This document shows, in pieces, positions 8,315-16,885 of a stretch of DNA of 20,563 nt (position 1 is the first letter of the stretch; each line of letters opens with the position of its first letter). Under the pieces are notes generated by a model. The model saw only the letters and a list, made by a program, of their open reading frames with translations, was not told where the DNA came from and did not search any database. Position numbers and translations under genes: made by a program. Origin of the DNA: Crocosphaera sp. (GTDB lineage: Bacteria; Cyanobacteriota; Cyanobacteriia; Cyanobacteriales; Microcystaceae); NCBI GenBank assembly GCA_030064935.1, contig JASJEA010000090.1, positions 1 through 20,563 on the forward strand, read 5' to 3'.

Positions 8315-9721
8315 TTATGCCTGTTTCCAAGTTCCATGAAACCCCAGAGGAATGACATTCGGTAAGGCCAAACGACACAAGGGATGATCATTTAATGCCT
8401 CACTATCATAAATCCTCAGTTCTGATTGATGTTCATTTCCATCATAAACAACAGTTAACACCCAGCCTGTTTCCGACTGGGGTTGGTGGGGAACAAAAAT
8501 GGGTTCAGAAGGGTATTTATTTTCTCCCATATCGGCTATCGTAATCGTTTTTAATTTTCGATCAAAACGGGCGATTGCTCCTAGTAGTTCTTGAGATAAA
8601 TTAGCATTATCTCGATAAACCGATAAATAAGTATAACGCCAATTTTCTCCAGTTTGATGATTAGGAATAACAGGAAACTCTAAGGCTCTATCTAATAATT
8701 TTTCTTGACGAATCACTTGAGATGTTTTCGGATTAATTTCTACTTCCCACAGGGTTCCTTTAGCAGGGGTTTTTATTTTTCCTGTGGCAACTTCTTTTAA
8801 GTTTTGATTGGTAGAAAAATTTTCATAACGAACAAATTCTACAATAACATTATTATTTTTACTAACACAACCATTACTATAATGCCATTGAAACCAAGGA
8901 TCAGTTTTTCCTTTACTAACTAATGATAATGTCTCTCGATCAAAGATTAAAATTTCTGTTCCTAATTCTGGTTTCCATTGCATTGCTTCACTTAAACTTG
9001 AAAATCCTAAAGCAGTGGGTAATATCTTGATACGAATAGGAGGAACAAAAAAGATTAAATAAGGTCCAGCTAAAACAAAATCATGAACAATACGCAATCC
9101 CTTTAAAGGATAAGTTGATTTTTGGATGACCTTTCCTGTAGCATCACTTTTATAAAGATTAAGAATAACTTTTGCCCCTAAACTAATACCAAAGTTATAA
9201 ATAGTGCCAGTTTGATAATCAATTTTAGGATGAGCAGAAAAGGGTTGGTTGGGGTCTAAATTAGATAAATTATCCAGGCCTTTTGTTTCTAAAGTATCTA
9301 AATTTAAAGCATGAGGATTGGCCCCTTCCCATAAAGCTAAAAGTTTATCCGGTAAAGCTAAAACTGATGTATTCGCCCCATTTTTTACCTCTTTGCCCCA
9401 AGTTCTCCAAAAAGGACCCGGAACCGTCATGCCATAGTTAGGGTATAAAAAACGGTTAGCTTGAGCTTCCTTTTGATACCCTTCTGTTTGAACATAACGG
9501 TAAGTAGCAGTTGCCCCTTCTTCGGTTAAATGAACCGCTAAAATCGCCCCATCTCCATCAAACCAATGACCAACTTTTTCTTGACCTCTTTCTAGTCTTC
9601 CTGGACCATTTCTATATAATGTTCCTCGAAGTCCATCGGGTAGTTTTCCTGATAGGATGGATAGAGATTTTAACGGAAATTCTGAGGCTGGTTTGGCAAG
9701 AGATTGTGACCAAGTTGGCAT
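8315..9721 (-). CDS. Carotenoid cleavage oxygenase (RPE65/CCO family, apocarotenoid-15,15'-oxygenase-like)
   Basis: 468 aa. LRGTLYRNGPG...GHWFDGDGAILAVH is collinear with Synechocystis ACO. The four iron-ligand His contexts are present: SAHPKID, IVHDF, QWHYSNG, GFHGTW. Confidence 0.9.
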   Translation of the reverse strand: MPTWSQSLAKPASEFPLKSLSILSGKLPDGLRGTLYRNGPGRLERGQEKVGHWFDGDGAILAVHLTEEGATATYRYVQTEGYQKEAQANRFLYPNYGMTVPGPFWRTWGKEVKNGANTSVLALPDKLLALWEGANPHALNLDTLETKGLDNLSNLDPNQPFSAHPKIDYQTGTIYNFGISLGAKVILNLYKSDATGKVIQKSTYPLKGLRIVHDFVLAGPYLIFFVPPIRIKILPTALGFSSLSEAMQWKPELGTEILIFDRETLSLVSKGKTDPWFQWHYSNGCVSKNNNVIVEFVRYENFSTNQNLKEVATGKIKTPAKGTLWEVEINPKTSQVIRQEKLLDRALEFPVIPNHQTGENWRYTYLSVYRDNANLSQELLGAIARFDRKLKTITIADMGENKYPSEPIFVPHQPQSETGWVLTVVYDGNEHQSELRIYDSEALNDHPLCRLALPNVIPLGFHGTWKQA

Positions 9722-9749
9722 AATTAAAATTTTGTTTTATGACTGTTGA

Positions 9750-10571
9750 TCATTTTAACAATTTTGCGATTTCCTGAGCCAATTGTACATGAAGTTTATG
9801 ACTGGCTTTATAGGCTAAAAAATGAGCTTGAGGAATGGTTCCCAGTAAACTTAAATCTCCCACCAAATCCAACAGTTTATGACGAACGGGTTCATTATCA
9901 AAGCGTAGGGGAGGATTAAGCCAACCCTGGCGATCGCAAACTAAAGCATTATCTAAGCTTCCCCCTTTAATTAATCCTGCTTGTTTCAACTGTTCAATTT
10001 GATCAGCAAAACCAAAAGTTCTAGCAGGGGCAATAAAATCCAGAAAAGGGTCTTGTTTTGGACTCCAACTCACCCATTGATTGCCAATGGCTTCATAGGG
10101 AAAATCAATGCCATAGCTCAAGCGGATTTCTGGAGCAGGAAGTGCCGCAACAAACATATCTCCATCCCTAACCCAGATGGGATCAGTAACGGGGCTTCCT
10201 ACCGCCATTTGCGAGGGCGTAAAACCCGATTTCGTCAGAGCATCCACCCAATTTTTAGCCGAGCCATCTAATAAGGGTACTTCTGGCCCATCAATTTCAA
10301 TACAAGCGTTGTCAATGCCACATCCAGTTAACGCTGCCAATAAATGTTCTACAGTGCGAATGGTGGCATTATTAACACCCAACTCCGTTGATAATCTGGT
10401 TTGTTTGACAGAAGAAATATGAGCGGGAATAACTTGTTTTTCAGGTAAATCAACCCGGACAAAATAACGTCCCTCTCCAGACTTTGCTGGCAAAATTGTT
10501 ACTTTAGTTTCGACTCCATAATGTAAGCCAATTCCTGATACTGTAAATTCTTTTTCAATGGTTGATGTCAT
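9750..10571 (-). CDS. lpxC: UDP-3-O-acyl-N-acetylglucosamine deacetylase
   Basis: Collinear with E. coli LpxC: [56 protein letters not shown]. The ORF track starts at TTG 10604. ATG 10571 (MTSTIEKEF...) gives the usual N-terminal length. Confidence 0.93.
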   Translation of the reverse strand: MTSTIEKEFTVSGIGLHYGVETKVTILPAKSGEGRYFVRVDLPEKQVIPAHISSVKQTRLSTELGVNNATIRTVEHLLAALTGCGIDNACIEIDGPEVPLLDGSAKNWVDALTKSGFTPSQMAVGSPVTDPIWVRDGDMFVAALPAPEIRLSYGIDFPYEAIGNQWVSWSPKQDPFLDFIAPARTFGFADQIEQLKQAGLIKGGSLDNALVCDRQGWLNPPLRFDNEPVRHKLLDLVGDLSLLGTIPQAHFLAYKASHKLHVQLAQEIAKLLK

Positions 10572-10748
10572 AATTAAATTTTCTTCAATGAAGTTTGAAG
10601 TCAAAAGTTATAGCATTTTTCAGTTGATTGTATCAATATTTTATCTCAAATCTACTCTTAGATTTTTACTATCGAATATATAGCAATCAGGTTAATGATA
10701 GAAGAGCGATTAAAACAATGACTAGGTTTATAGAGACAAGTTGTAGGT

Positions 10749-10869
10749 AGGCATCATACCAAATCCGCTTTAGAAAGTAGATAATCATTTTAAGAAGGTA
10801 GAGGGAGCAGGGGGAGAAAGAATATTACTCTACGATAATAAGCGGATCTCGTATCATAATCTTATGCCT
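10749..10869. repeat. Imperfect long inverted repeat in the bamA-lpxC spacer
   Basis: AGGCAT (10749-10754) and ATCCGCTT (10763-10770) pair with AAGCGGAT (10840-10847) and ATGCCT (10864-10869). An inner GTAGAG/CTCTAC pair flanks a purine-rich loop (GGGAGCAGGGGGAGAAAG). Confidence 0.5.
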
Positions 10870-10993
10870 CTGCTGTGGTGATGTTTTATTTGATGACTGA
10901 AAACAACTGTATCAAAATAAAGGTTTAAAATGGGAAAATATATATTCTAAAAAAGGAGAAACTTTGTATTGATAATGTTATTATGCCCCCACA

Positions 10994-13594
10994 CTAAAAT
11001 CTCTCCCCAATTCCAAAATGAATACGAGAATCTCCTTCATCATTAACCCCATAATCAACCCGAATCGGACCCACAGGGGATTGAATCCTAACCCCAATAC
11101 CATAACCATAACCATCACTGGGTAAACCCCGCACCACCCCAGGAATCCCACGAACCGATCGCTGAGATTTAATAGTGCTACCGTAATCAAAGAAAATAGC
11201 GGCCCCTACTGCGGGAATAATGGGGAAACGATATTCTGCGGTGGCTTGGAAGTAACTGCGTCCATTACCCAGTTCCCCTTCTGCATAACCTCGAACCGAG
11301 TTACTACCACCAATGACAAAAGCTTCATAGGGGGGTAAATCCTCGATAACTGTTCCAGCCTGGACATTAAACGCAAAAGCTTGGGGTTTGGGTTGATCTT
11401 CGTCAATAAACCCTAGGTCAATAAAATCCACTGGAATGTAATAACTATAGTTACCCCGTAATCGAGTAAAAGCGATGCTACCCGATCCCACAGGGAGAGT
11501 TTGTTCAACTCCTAAACGGATAAGATGGCCACTGGTGGGGCGTAGGGGGTTGTTACGAAAATCTTGAGCCGCCGCAAAGGTTAAAGTAAATAAATCATCT
11601 CGTCCCGAATCACTAAACGCTAAGGGTTGAGAGTCAAAGCCATTAATGGGGGCCGAAAAGGGGGCGATATCGCCGTCAGCGTTTTCGATTTGTACCCGTT
11701 GATAATTGACCCCTGCTGTAAATCGCCAGTCAGGTTTCGTAAATGGATCATCGGCTAAGGGGCGAGCAAAAGAAATTCCCCCTCCTGTACGAATAACCCG
11801 AGGACTGTCAAAACCGTTGAAGGTTCGGATGGAGGTGTCATCCCCGTCAAAAACGAGAGAAATGGTACGACGACGAAACCCATTAACGGTGTAAGCAGTA
11901 CGGAAGGGATCACCAGCAATCCAAGGATCGGTAAAACTAACATCAAGCAGTAATTCCCGTTCCCCCAGTTGTACCTCTCCACCGAGGGTTTGACCATTTC
12001 CTCCCAGGTTTTGTTCTTGGTAACTAACGGTTCCAAACAAGCCACTACTGGAACTGATTCCTGTTCCTGCAGCTAACGAGCCGGTGTTTCCTTCCACCAC
12101 ATCCACATTAACAATTACTTCTCTGGGATCTTCTCCTGGACTGAAGGAAATGCGCACATCCTCAAATAATCCTAAGCCAAAAATCCGTTGTAAATCAAAT
12201 TGGGCTGTTCTACGGTTAAAAACCCTCCCTGGTTGTAACTGCATTTCACGGGTAACGATAAAATCACGGGTTCTCCCGTCAACGGATTCGTCTTCAGCAT
12301 CGAAGAAGCGAACTTCGATATTTTCAATGACCCCTTCAGCAATGATTAAGGTTACAATACCATCTTCACTGACTTCCGGGGAGCCGATTACTTGGGCTAA
12401 GTCAAATCCCTGTTCGGCGTACCATTCATTGACTTGTTTGATCCCATCTTGTAGGTCACGAAGATTCAATGTTTTGCCATATTGCTCCCCAAAAATTTCT
12501 TGGACGGTTTCTGGGGGTAAGACGCGCTGATCTTCAACATCAGGAACTGTACTAACCACTACCTGTTCTAAAACAGGGTTCAGTTCTACTTTATAAGTGA
12601 TTTGTACCCCTAAAGGAGTATCCGCCGGAAGCACTTGCACGTTGGCAAAAAATCCGGTGGCATAAATGGCGTTAACGTCTTCTTGCAGTTGGGAACGAGT
12701 GGCGGTGCGGCCTGGCCGAGTTTGGACTGTGTTGTAAACTAAGTTTTCGAGTTCGGGATCGGCCCCTTCTACTACGACTTCTACCACTAATACGCGGGGT
12801 TCTTCTCCAGTGCTTTCTACCTCTTCGGTTTCAATTTCAGGGGTGGGAATCCCTTCAGGAATAGGAACCACTGGGGATTCCTCTATTTCCGGAGCGGGGG
12901 AACTATCTGGTTGCGCTTCTGGGGTAGCTTCTTGGGCTATCTCTTGTCCAAGATCAGATTCTGCTGCGCTCGCTTTTTCTAAGGGAGATTCTGAGGAAGG
13001 GGCATCCAGGCTTGATAGTGTGTCTTTATTTTCAGTTTCTAGATCAGAGTCTTCCAAGGTTTCAGAAGTTGAGGGAGTTTCTCGGATATCAGATACTTTG
13101 GGATAATATTCAACAGGATTTGAAGACGATCCTAAGATTACTGGTTCGCTGATGGTTTCAGTCCCAGAATTTTCTTGGCCTTCAGGGTTGAATGGGGTTT
13201 CTTGAAGGGTTGATACTTTGGGATAATATTCAATAGGATTTGAAGACTCTTCCAACCAAGGATCGCTTATTTGGGGTCTATTCAACTCCAGGGCCATTTG
13301 TGGTTGAGAGGGCTGGGATGACGACTCTGAAGAAGTCTGAGGCTTTGACTCTCTTGGTTGTAAATTCCATACCTTGGGATAAGCGTCAACCTCCTGTGAT
13401 GACGCTTCTGGGATGAGGGGATCAGAAAGCTCAAAAGAGGTTTCTAAATCATTCAAGCTGGCTATGGACGGCGCATTTTGCCCCCTTACCGGCTTGTCTG
13501 TGAACCATACAGTCGTTGTTGTTAGGATGATCCCCAACATTGGGGAAAAATGTAACTTTTTAGTCTGGTTTGACACTTCCACACACTCAATCAA
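10994..13594 (-). CDS. bamA: Outer-membrane protein assembly factor, Omp85/BamA family (cyanobacterial Toc75-like), with a long acidic Pro/Ser-rich N-terminal extension
   Basis: 866 aa. A ~265-aa low-complexity N-terminus is followed by POTRA-like repeats (RVLVVEVVVEG...VNAIYATGFFANVQV; IIAEGVIENIEVRF...) and a C-terminal beta-barrel ending ...RIHFGIGERF with a terminal Phe. lpxC lies downstream, as in other cyanobacteria. The start codon is uncertain (M1 at 13594 or M19). Confidence 0.9.
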   Translation of the reverse strand: MIECVEVSNQTKKLHFSPMLGIILTTTTVWFTDKPVRGQNAPSIASLNDLETSFELSDPLIPEASSQEVDAYPKVWNLQPRESKPQTSSESSSQPSQPQMALELNRPQISDPWLEESSNPIEYYPKVSTLQETPFNPEGQENSGTETISEPVILGSSSNPVEYYPKVSDIRETPSTSETLEDSDLETENKDTLSSLDAPSSESPLEKASAAESDLGQEIAQEATPEAQPDSSPAPEIEESPVVPIPEGIPTPEIETEEVESTGEEPRVLVVEVVVEGADPELENLVYNTVQTRPGRTATRSQLQEDVNAIYATGFFANVQVLPADTPLGVQITYKVELNPVLEQVVVSTVPDVEDQRVLPPETVQEIFGEQYGKTLNLRDLQDGIKQVNEWYAEQGFDLAQVIGSPEVSEDGIVTLIIAEGVIENIEVRFFDAEDESVDGRTRDFIVTREMQLQPGRVFNRRTAQFDLQRIFGLGLFEDVRISFSPGEDPREVIVNVDVVEGNTGSLAAGTGISSSSGLFGTVSYQEQNLGGNGQTLGGEVQLGERELLLDVSFTDPWIAGDPFRTAYTVNGFRRRTISLVFDGDDTSIRTFNGFDSPRVIRTGGGISFARPLADDPFTKPDWRFTAGVNYQRVQIENADGDIAPFSAPINGFDSQPLAFSDSGRDDLFTLTFAAAQDFRNNPLRPTSGHLIRLGVEQTLPVGSGSIAFTRLRGNYSYYIPVDFIDLGFIDEDQPKPQAFAFNVQAGTVIEDLPPYEAFVIGGSNSVRGYAEGELGNGRSYFQATAEYRFPIIPAVGAAIFFDYGSTIKSQRSVRGIPGVVRGLPSDGYGYGIGVRIQSPVGPIRVDYGVNDEGDSRIHFGIGERF

Positions 13595-13951
13595 GCTATA
13601 GCGTTTTTACTGTTATCCGTTGCCTATGGTTAACCGAACTGATAGCTAACAGCTTGTCTAACAGCCGAGCCACATCACTTTGTATCTCGACCCTCAATGT
13701 AACAAAATGTTCCTTTTCTGTCTGCAATTCCATCCCTTCGGTACAATCAAAGAGCCTCTGGGAAGGCTTTATAATTGATTTATTGTTATGATCGTCTCAA
13801 GGTTCGTAGGGTTTATTTTTTAGGAAACCTCGCTTAAAAAATTGGGTATTTGTTCACATAGGGAATATTATCGAAAATAATTGGGCCTAAAACACCGCCT
13901 CTTAAGGCGAATAGTTTCTGAGACAGTGCATAAATCTCTGTTTCAAAAACA

Positions 13952-13964
13952 ACTTCTGACTTCG
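13952..13964. repeat. Dispersed copy of the 13-mer ACTTCTGACTTCG
   Basis: Identical to 2237-2249. Located in the bamA/flavoprotein divergent intergenic region. Confidence 0.8.
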
Positions 13965-14057
13965 TTAAAGAGTCATATTCTCATAGATACTTAAGGTTTC
14001 TCTATTTTAATAAATACACTAACTTTCATTAATGTGTAGGCAAAAGGAGGTAAAACA

Positions 14058-15482
14058 ATGGCAGTGGATTATGACATTGTAGTTATTGGTGGTGGCTCTG
14101 GAGGATTAGTTATTGCGAGTGCAGCAGCCCAATTAAAGGCTAAAGTTGCTTTAATAGAAAAAGACCGTTTAGGAGGTGATTGTCTCTGGTATGGATGTGT
14201 CCCCAGTAAGTCTTTCATTCATGCGGCAAGGGTGGCTTATGAGGTTAAAAATAGTCACAGATTTGGGGTTTATAGTGATACTTCTACTATCAATTTTTCT
14301 CAAGCAATGGGTCATGTTAAAAAGGTGATTGCTGCCATTGAACCCCATGATTCTCCTCAACGTTTTGAAGGGTTAGGCGTTGAAGTTATTTTTGGTTCAG
14401 GGGAATTTGTTAATCGGGGTGTTTTTGCCGTTAATGGACGTAAATTGACGGCAAGAGCTTTTGTTATTGCTACAGGATCTCGTCCGGCAATTCCTCCTAT
14501 TTCTGGATTAAAAGAAACTGGATATTTAACTAATGAAGATGTATTTTCTTTAACGGAATGCCCCCCATCTTTAGCGATTATTGGTGCAGGCCCTATTGGT
14601 TGCGAATTGGGTCAATCTTTTCATCGTTTAGGAAGTCAAGTGACCTTAATAAATAGTCGTTCTCATCTTCTACCTAAAGAAGAGCCTGATGCAGCAGATG
14701 TAGTTGAAAAACAGTTTATTTCTGAAGGAATTAAAATTATTAAAAATGCCAGGGCTAAAAAAGTTGAATTTAAAGAGGGAAAAAAAATCTTATGGGCTGA
14801 TGATCAACAAGTTATGGTTGATGAAATTCTAATTTCTGCTGGTCGTTCTCCTAATGTAGAATCTCTGAATCTAGAAGCAGCAGGGGTTGAATTTGATAAA
14901 AAAGGCATTAAAGTTAACGATAAACTACAAACTAGCAATTCTAAAATTTATGCGTGTGGGGATGTAATTGGGGGTTATCAATTTACTCATGTTGCTGCCC
15001 ATGAAGCGGTAACGGTGATTACTAATGCTTTGTTTTTACCTGTTAATAAGGTTAGTTATGAGGTAATTCCTTGGGCCACTTTCACAGATCCTGAGTTGGC
15101 TAGAGTGGGATTGACTGAAGAACAAGCGAGAGCAAGATATGGAGATGACATCTATGTTTTAAAGCAGGATTTTGCTGATGTTGATCGTGCTCAAGCAGAA
15201 GGGGCGGGCATCGGATTTGGTAAAATTATTGTTGAGGGTAATGGTACTATTTTAGGGGCGCATTTAGTAGGGAAATCGGCAGGGGAATTAATACATGAAA
15301 TTGTTTTAGCTATGTCTAATAATCTCAAAGTATCGGCTTTGTCAGGTATCCATATTTACCCCACTTTATCAGAAATTAATAGTAAAGCGGCCTTGTTACT
15401 GAAAAAGCAAAAATTTGCCAAAAATGAAGGATTAAAAAATCTTTTGAGTAACTTTTTTAAATTTCGACGCTCACTCGGTTAA
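14058..15482 (+). CDS. Pyridine nucleotide-disulfide oxidoreductase, class I (dihydrolipoamide dehydrogenase / MerA-like flavoprotein reductase)
   Basis: 474 aa. FAD motif VVIGGGSGG, redox-active disulfide GGDCLWYGCVPSK, NAD(P) motif IIGAGPIGCE, GDV motif YACGDV, dimerisation-domain HIYPTLSE. Strong SD (AAGGAGG) about 8 nt upstream of the ATG. No C-terminal Cys-Cys pair and no N-terminal metal-binding domain. Confidence 0.88.
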   Translation: MAVDYDIVVIGGGSGGLVIASAAAQLKAKVALIEKDRLGGDCLWYGCVPSKSFIHAARVAYEVKNSHRFGVYSDTSTINFSQAMGHVKKVIAAIEPHDSPQRFEGLGVEVIFGSGEFVNRGVFAVNGRKLTARAFVIATGSRPAIPPISGLKETGYLTNEDVFSLTECPPSLAIIGAGPIGCELGQSFHRLGSQVTLINSRSHLLPKEEPDAADVVEKQFISEGIKIIKNARAKKVEFKEGKKILWADDQQVMVDEILISAGRSPNVESLNLEAAGVEFDKKGIKVNDKLQTSNSKIYACGDVIGGYQFTHVAAHEAVTVITNALFLPVNKVSYEVIPWATFTDPELARVGLTEEQARARYGDDIYVLKQDFADVDRAQAEGAGIGFGKIIVEGNGTILGAHLVGKSAGELIHEIVLAMSNNLKVSALSGIHIYPTLSEINSKAALLLKKQKFAKNEGLKNLLSNFFKFRRSLG

Positions 15483-15557
15483 AAGAAAGGGCTACAATTC
15501 TACTGCAATTGGGTGCAAAAAAATTTTTTATCATTATCTAAAGTACAATAGTTAACA

Positions 15558-16286
15558 ATGAAACCATCAATCTTAGTTTATCCAACTATCTTATTAACAT
15601 TGATTCCTTTCCCCTTAACTAATATATCATTCATTCCTTCTGTAATGGCACAAGAACAAGTATTAAAAACTCTAACGGTTAGTGGGCAAGGAACTATCAG
15701 AATACCCACTACTTTAACTAACATTAGTTTAGGGGTAGAAATACAAGGAAAAACAGCAGAGGAAGTTCAAAAAAATGTCGCTCAAAGGACATCATCTTTG
15801 GTAGATTTTTTGCGCTCCCGTCAAGTTGAAAGACTAGAAACCGTAGGCATTCGTCTACAACCTAACTATAAATATGACAACAATCAACGACGATTGATAG
15901 GATATATTGGCACTAATACTATTAGTTTTCGCATCGAAACTGAAGCAGTTGGTAGTATCTTAGATGATGCAGTTAAAGCAGGGGCAACTCGTATTGATAA
16001 TGTCAGCTTTACTGCCACAGAAACTGCTATTTCTCAAGCTCAAAAAGAGGCTTTGCAAAAAGCAACTTTAGATGCACAGCAACAAGCAGAAGCAGTGTTA
16101 TCTGTGTTAAATTTTCAGTCTCAAGAGATTATCAATATTTCTATCAATGGAGCAACTTCCCCTCAACCACAAATGAGGCTGCCCCAGTCAACCGTTAGAA
16201 CAACTGCTAATGCTGCTGATGCTACTCCCATCATTGGAGGAGAACAAACCATTAAGGCTACAGTTACCTTACAAATTCGCTATTAA
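15558..16286 (+). CDS. SIMPL/DUF541 family periplasmic protein (26-kDa periplasmic immunogenic protein-like)
   Basis: 242 aa. Signal peptide ending VMA-QEQ. LTVSGQG...ISLGVE...A.EV....A......V..L, later ATRIDNVSF and a C-terminal GEQTIKATVTLQIRY, typical of SIMPL proteins. Confidence 0.78.
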   Translation: MKPSILVYPTILLTLIPFPLTNISFIPSVMAQEQVLKTLTVSGQGTIRIPTTLTNISLGVEIQGKTAEEVQKNVAQRTSSLVDFLRSRQVERLETVGIRLQPNYKYDNNQRRLIGYIGTNTISFRIETEAVGSILDDAVKAGATRIDNVSFTATETAISQAQKEALQKATLDAQQQAEAVLSVLNFQSQEIINISINGATSPQPQMRLPQSTVRTTANAADATPIIGGEQTIKATVTLQIRY

Positions 16287-16502
16287 TCTTTCAACTCTTC
16301 AATTCATAAATATAAATTTTTTTCTGTATTAATAACTACCAAAAAAAGATTTTTATTGTTAACTTTTTAATTGTTTTCTTGAAAAAAGATTAATTTATTT
16401 AGACAATTAGAAAGGTTGATGTTATACCTAGAGCAGGTTTAGCAAAAATAACTCAATTAGGTAATCATTAATACGGATCTAAATAAAAATTTAGGGGTTT
16501 AA

Positions 16503-16700
16503 ATGTACGAAGATTTTAACTACATTACTGATAATAACTTTTTAAGCGACTATTGGTTGCAAGAAAAAATAACCCGTAAACAATGCCAGGGTGATGGGAA
16601 AGTCGTCGAAGGGACAAAGGAAGACATGATTTCCTCTGCTCTTGGCGAAGAAACGGGGAAAGTCCATCGTCATCAACTCCAGGACATCTCTAGTTCCTAG
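16503..16700 (+). CDS. Hypothetical small ORF (65 aa), coding status doubtful
   Basis: ORF only, with no recognisable motif and no obvious SD. Its 3' two-thirds lie in a locally GC-richer island. Confidence 0.2.
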   Translation: MYEDFNYITDNNFLSDYWLQEKITRKQCQGDGKVVEGTKEDMISSALGEETGKVHRHQLQDISSS

Positions 16701-16885
16701 ACTCCCTCTCCATCAAACATCGATCCAACAATTGGTAAAAGGCAACTGTCATCGTATAATTGAGTGAGCAGGGAGTTATTCCTTACTTTAGCCCAAACCC
16801 AAGACAGTGGCCGACTTTTCCATAGAGGAACTAAAACTCGACACAGATGTTCAATTGTCAAGTAAACGGAAGGAAAATATAGCAT
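16697..16885 (-). CDS. Hypothetical small ORF (62 aa), possibly the 5' part of a frameshifted gene remnant
   Basis: ORF only. A second open frame of 57 codons continues on the same strand from ~16715 to 16545, so a ~115-aa product would need one frameshift near 16700. No family recognised. Confidence 0.2.
   Translation of the reverse strand: MLYFPSVYLTIEHLCRVLVPLWKSRPLSWVWAKVRNNSLLTQLYDDSCLLPIVGSMFDGEGV

Noticed and set aside
9981-10422. Plus-strand ORFs 9981..10271 and 10177..10422, antisense to lpxC
   Set aside because: They are embedded in a well-supported lpxC CDS, and the products have no recognisable features.
12084-12530. 148-aa plus-strand ORF, together with 11706..11894, 12810..13106 and 13413..13601 (plus) and the alternative-frame minus ORFs 10981..11190, 11206..11406 and 11755..12045, all inside bamA
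   Set aside because: All lie entirely within the strongly supported bamA CDS. The products are Ser/Thr/Arg-rich low-complexity sequence typical of antisense or off-frame reading, with no motifs and no SD.
13570-13791. 73-aa plus-strand ORF in the region upstream of bamA
   Set aside because: It starts inside the bamA 5' end, has Cys/Ser-rich odd composition, and has no SD or motif. It lies in a likely promoter region.
16697-16760. LAGLIDADG-like motif (PIVGSMFDGEG, followed after a frameshift by SLGTRDVLELM), suggesting a homing-endonuclease remnant
   Set aside because: The Gly-to-Asp spacing is one residue longer than the LAGLIDADG consensus. The reading needs a frameshift, the spacing to the RD-like segment is far too short, and no intron, intein or tRNA context is present. 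The idea is too weak to call.
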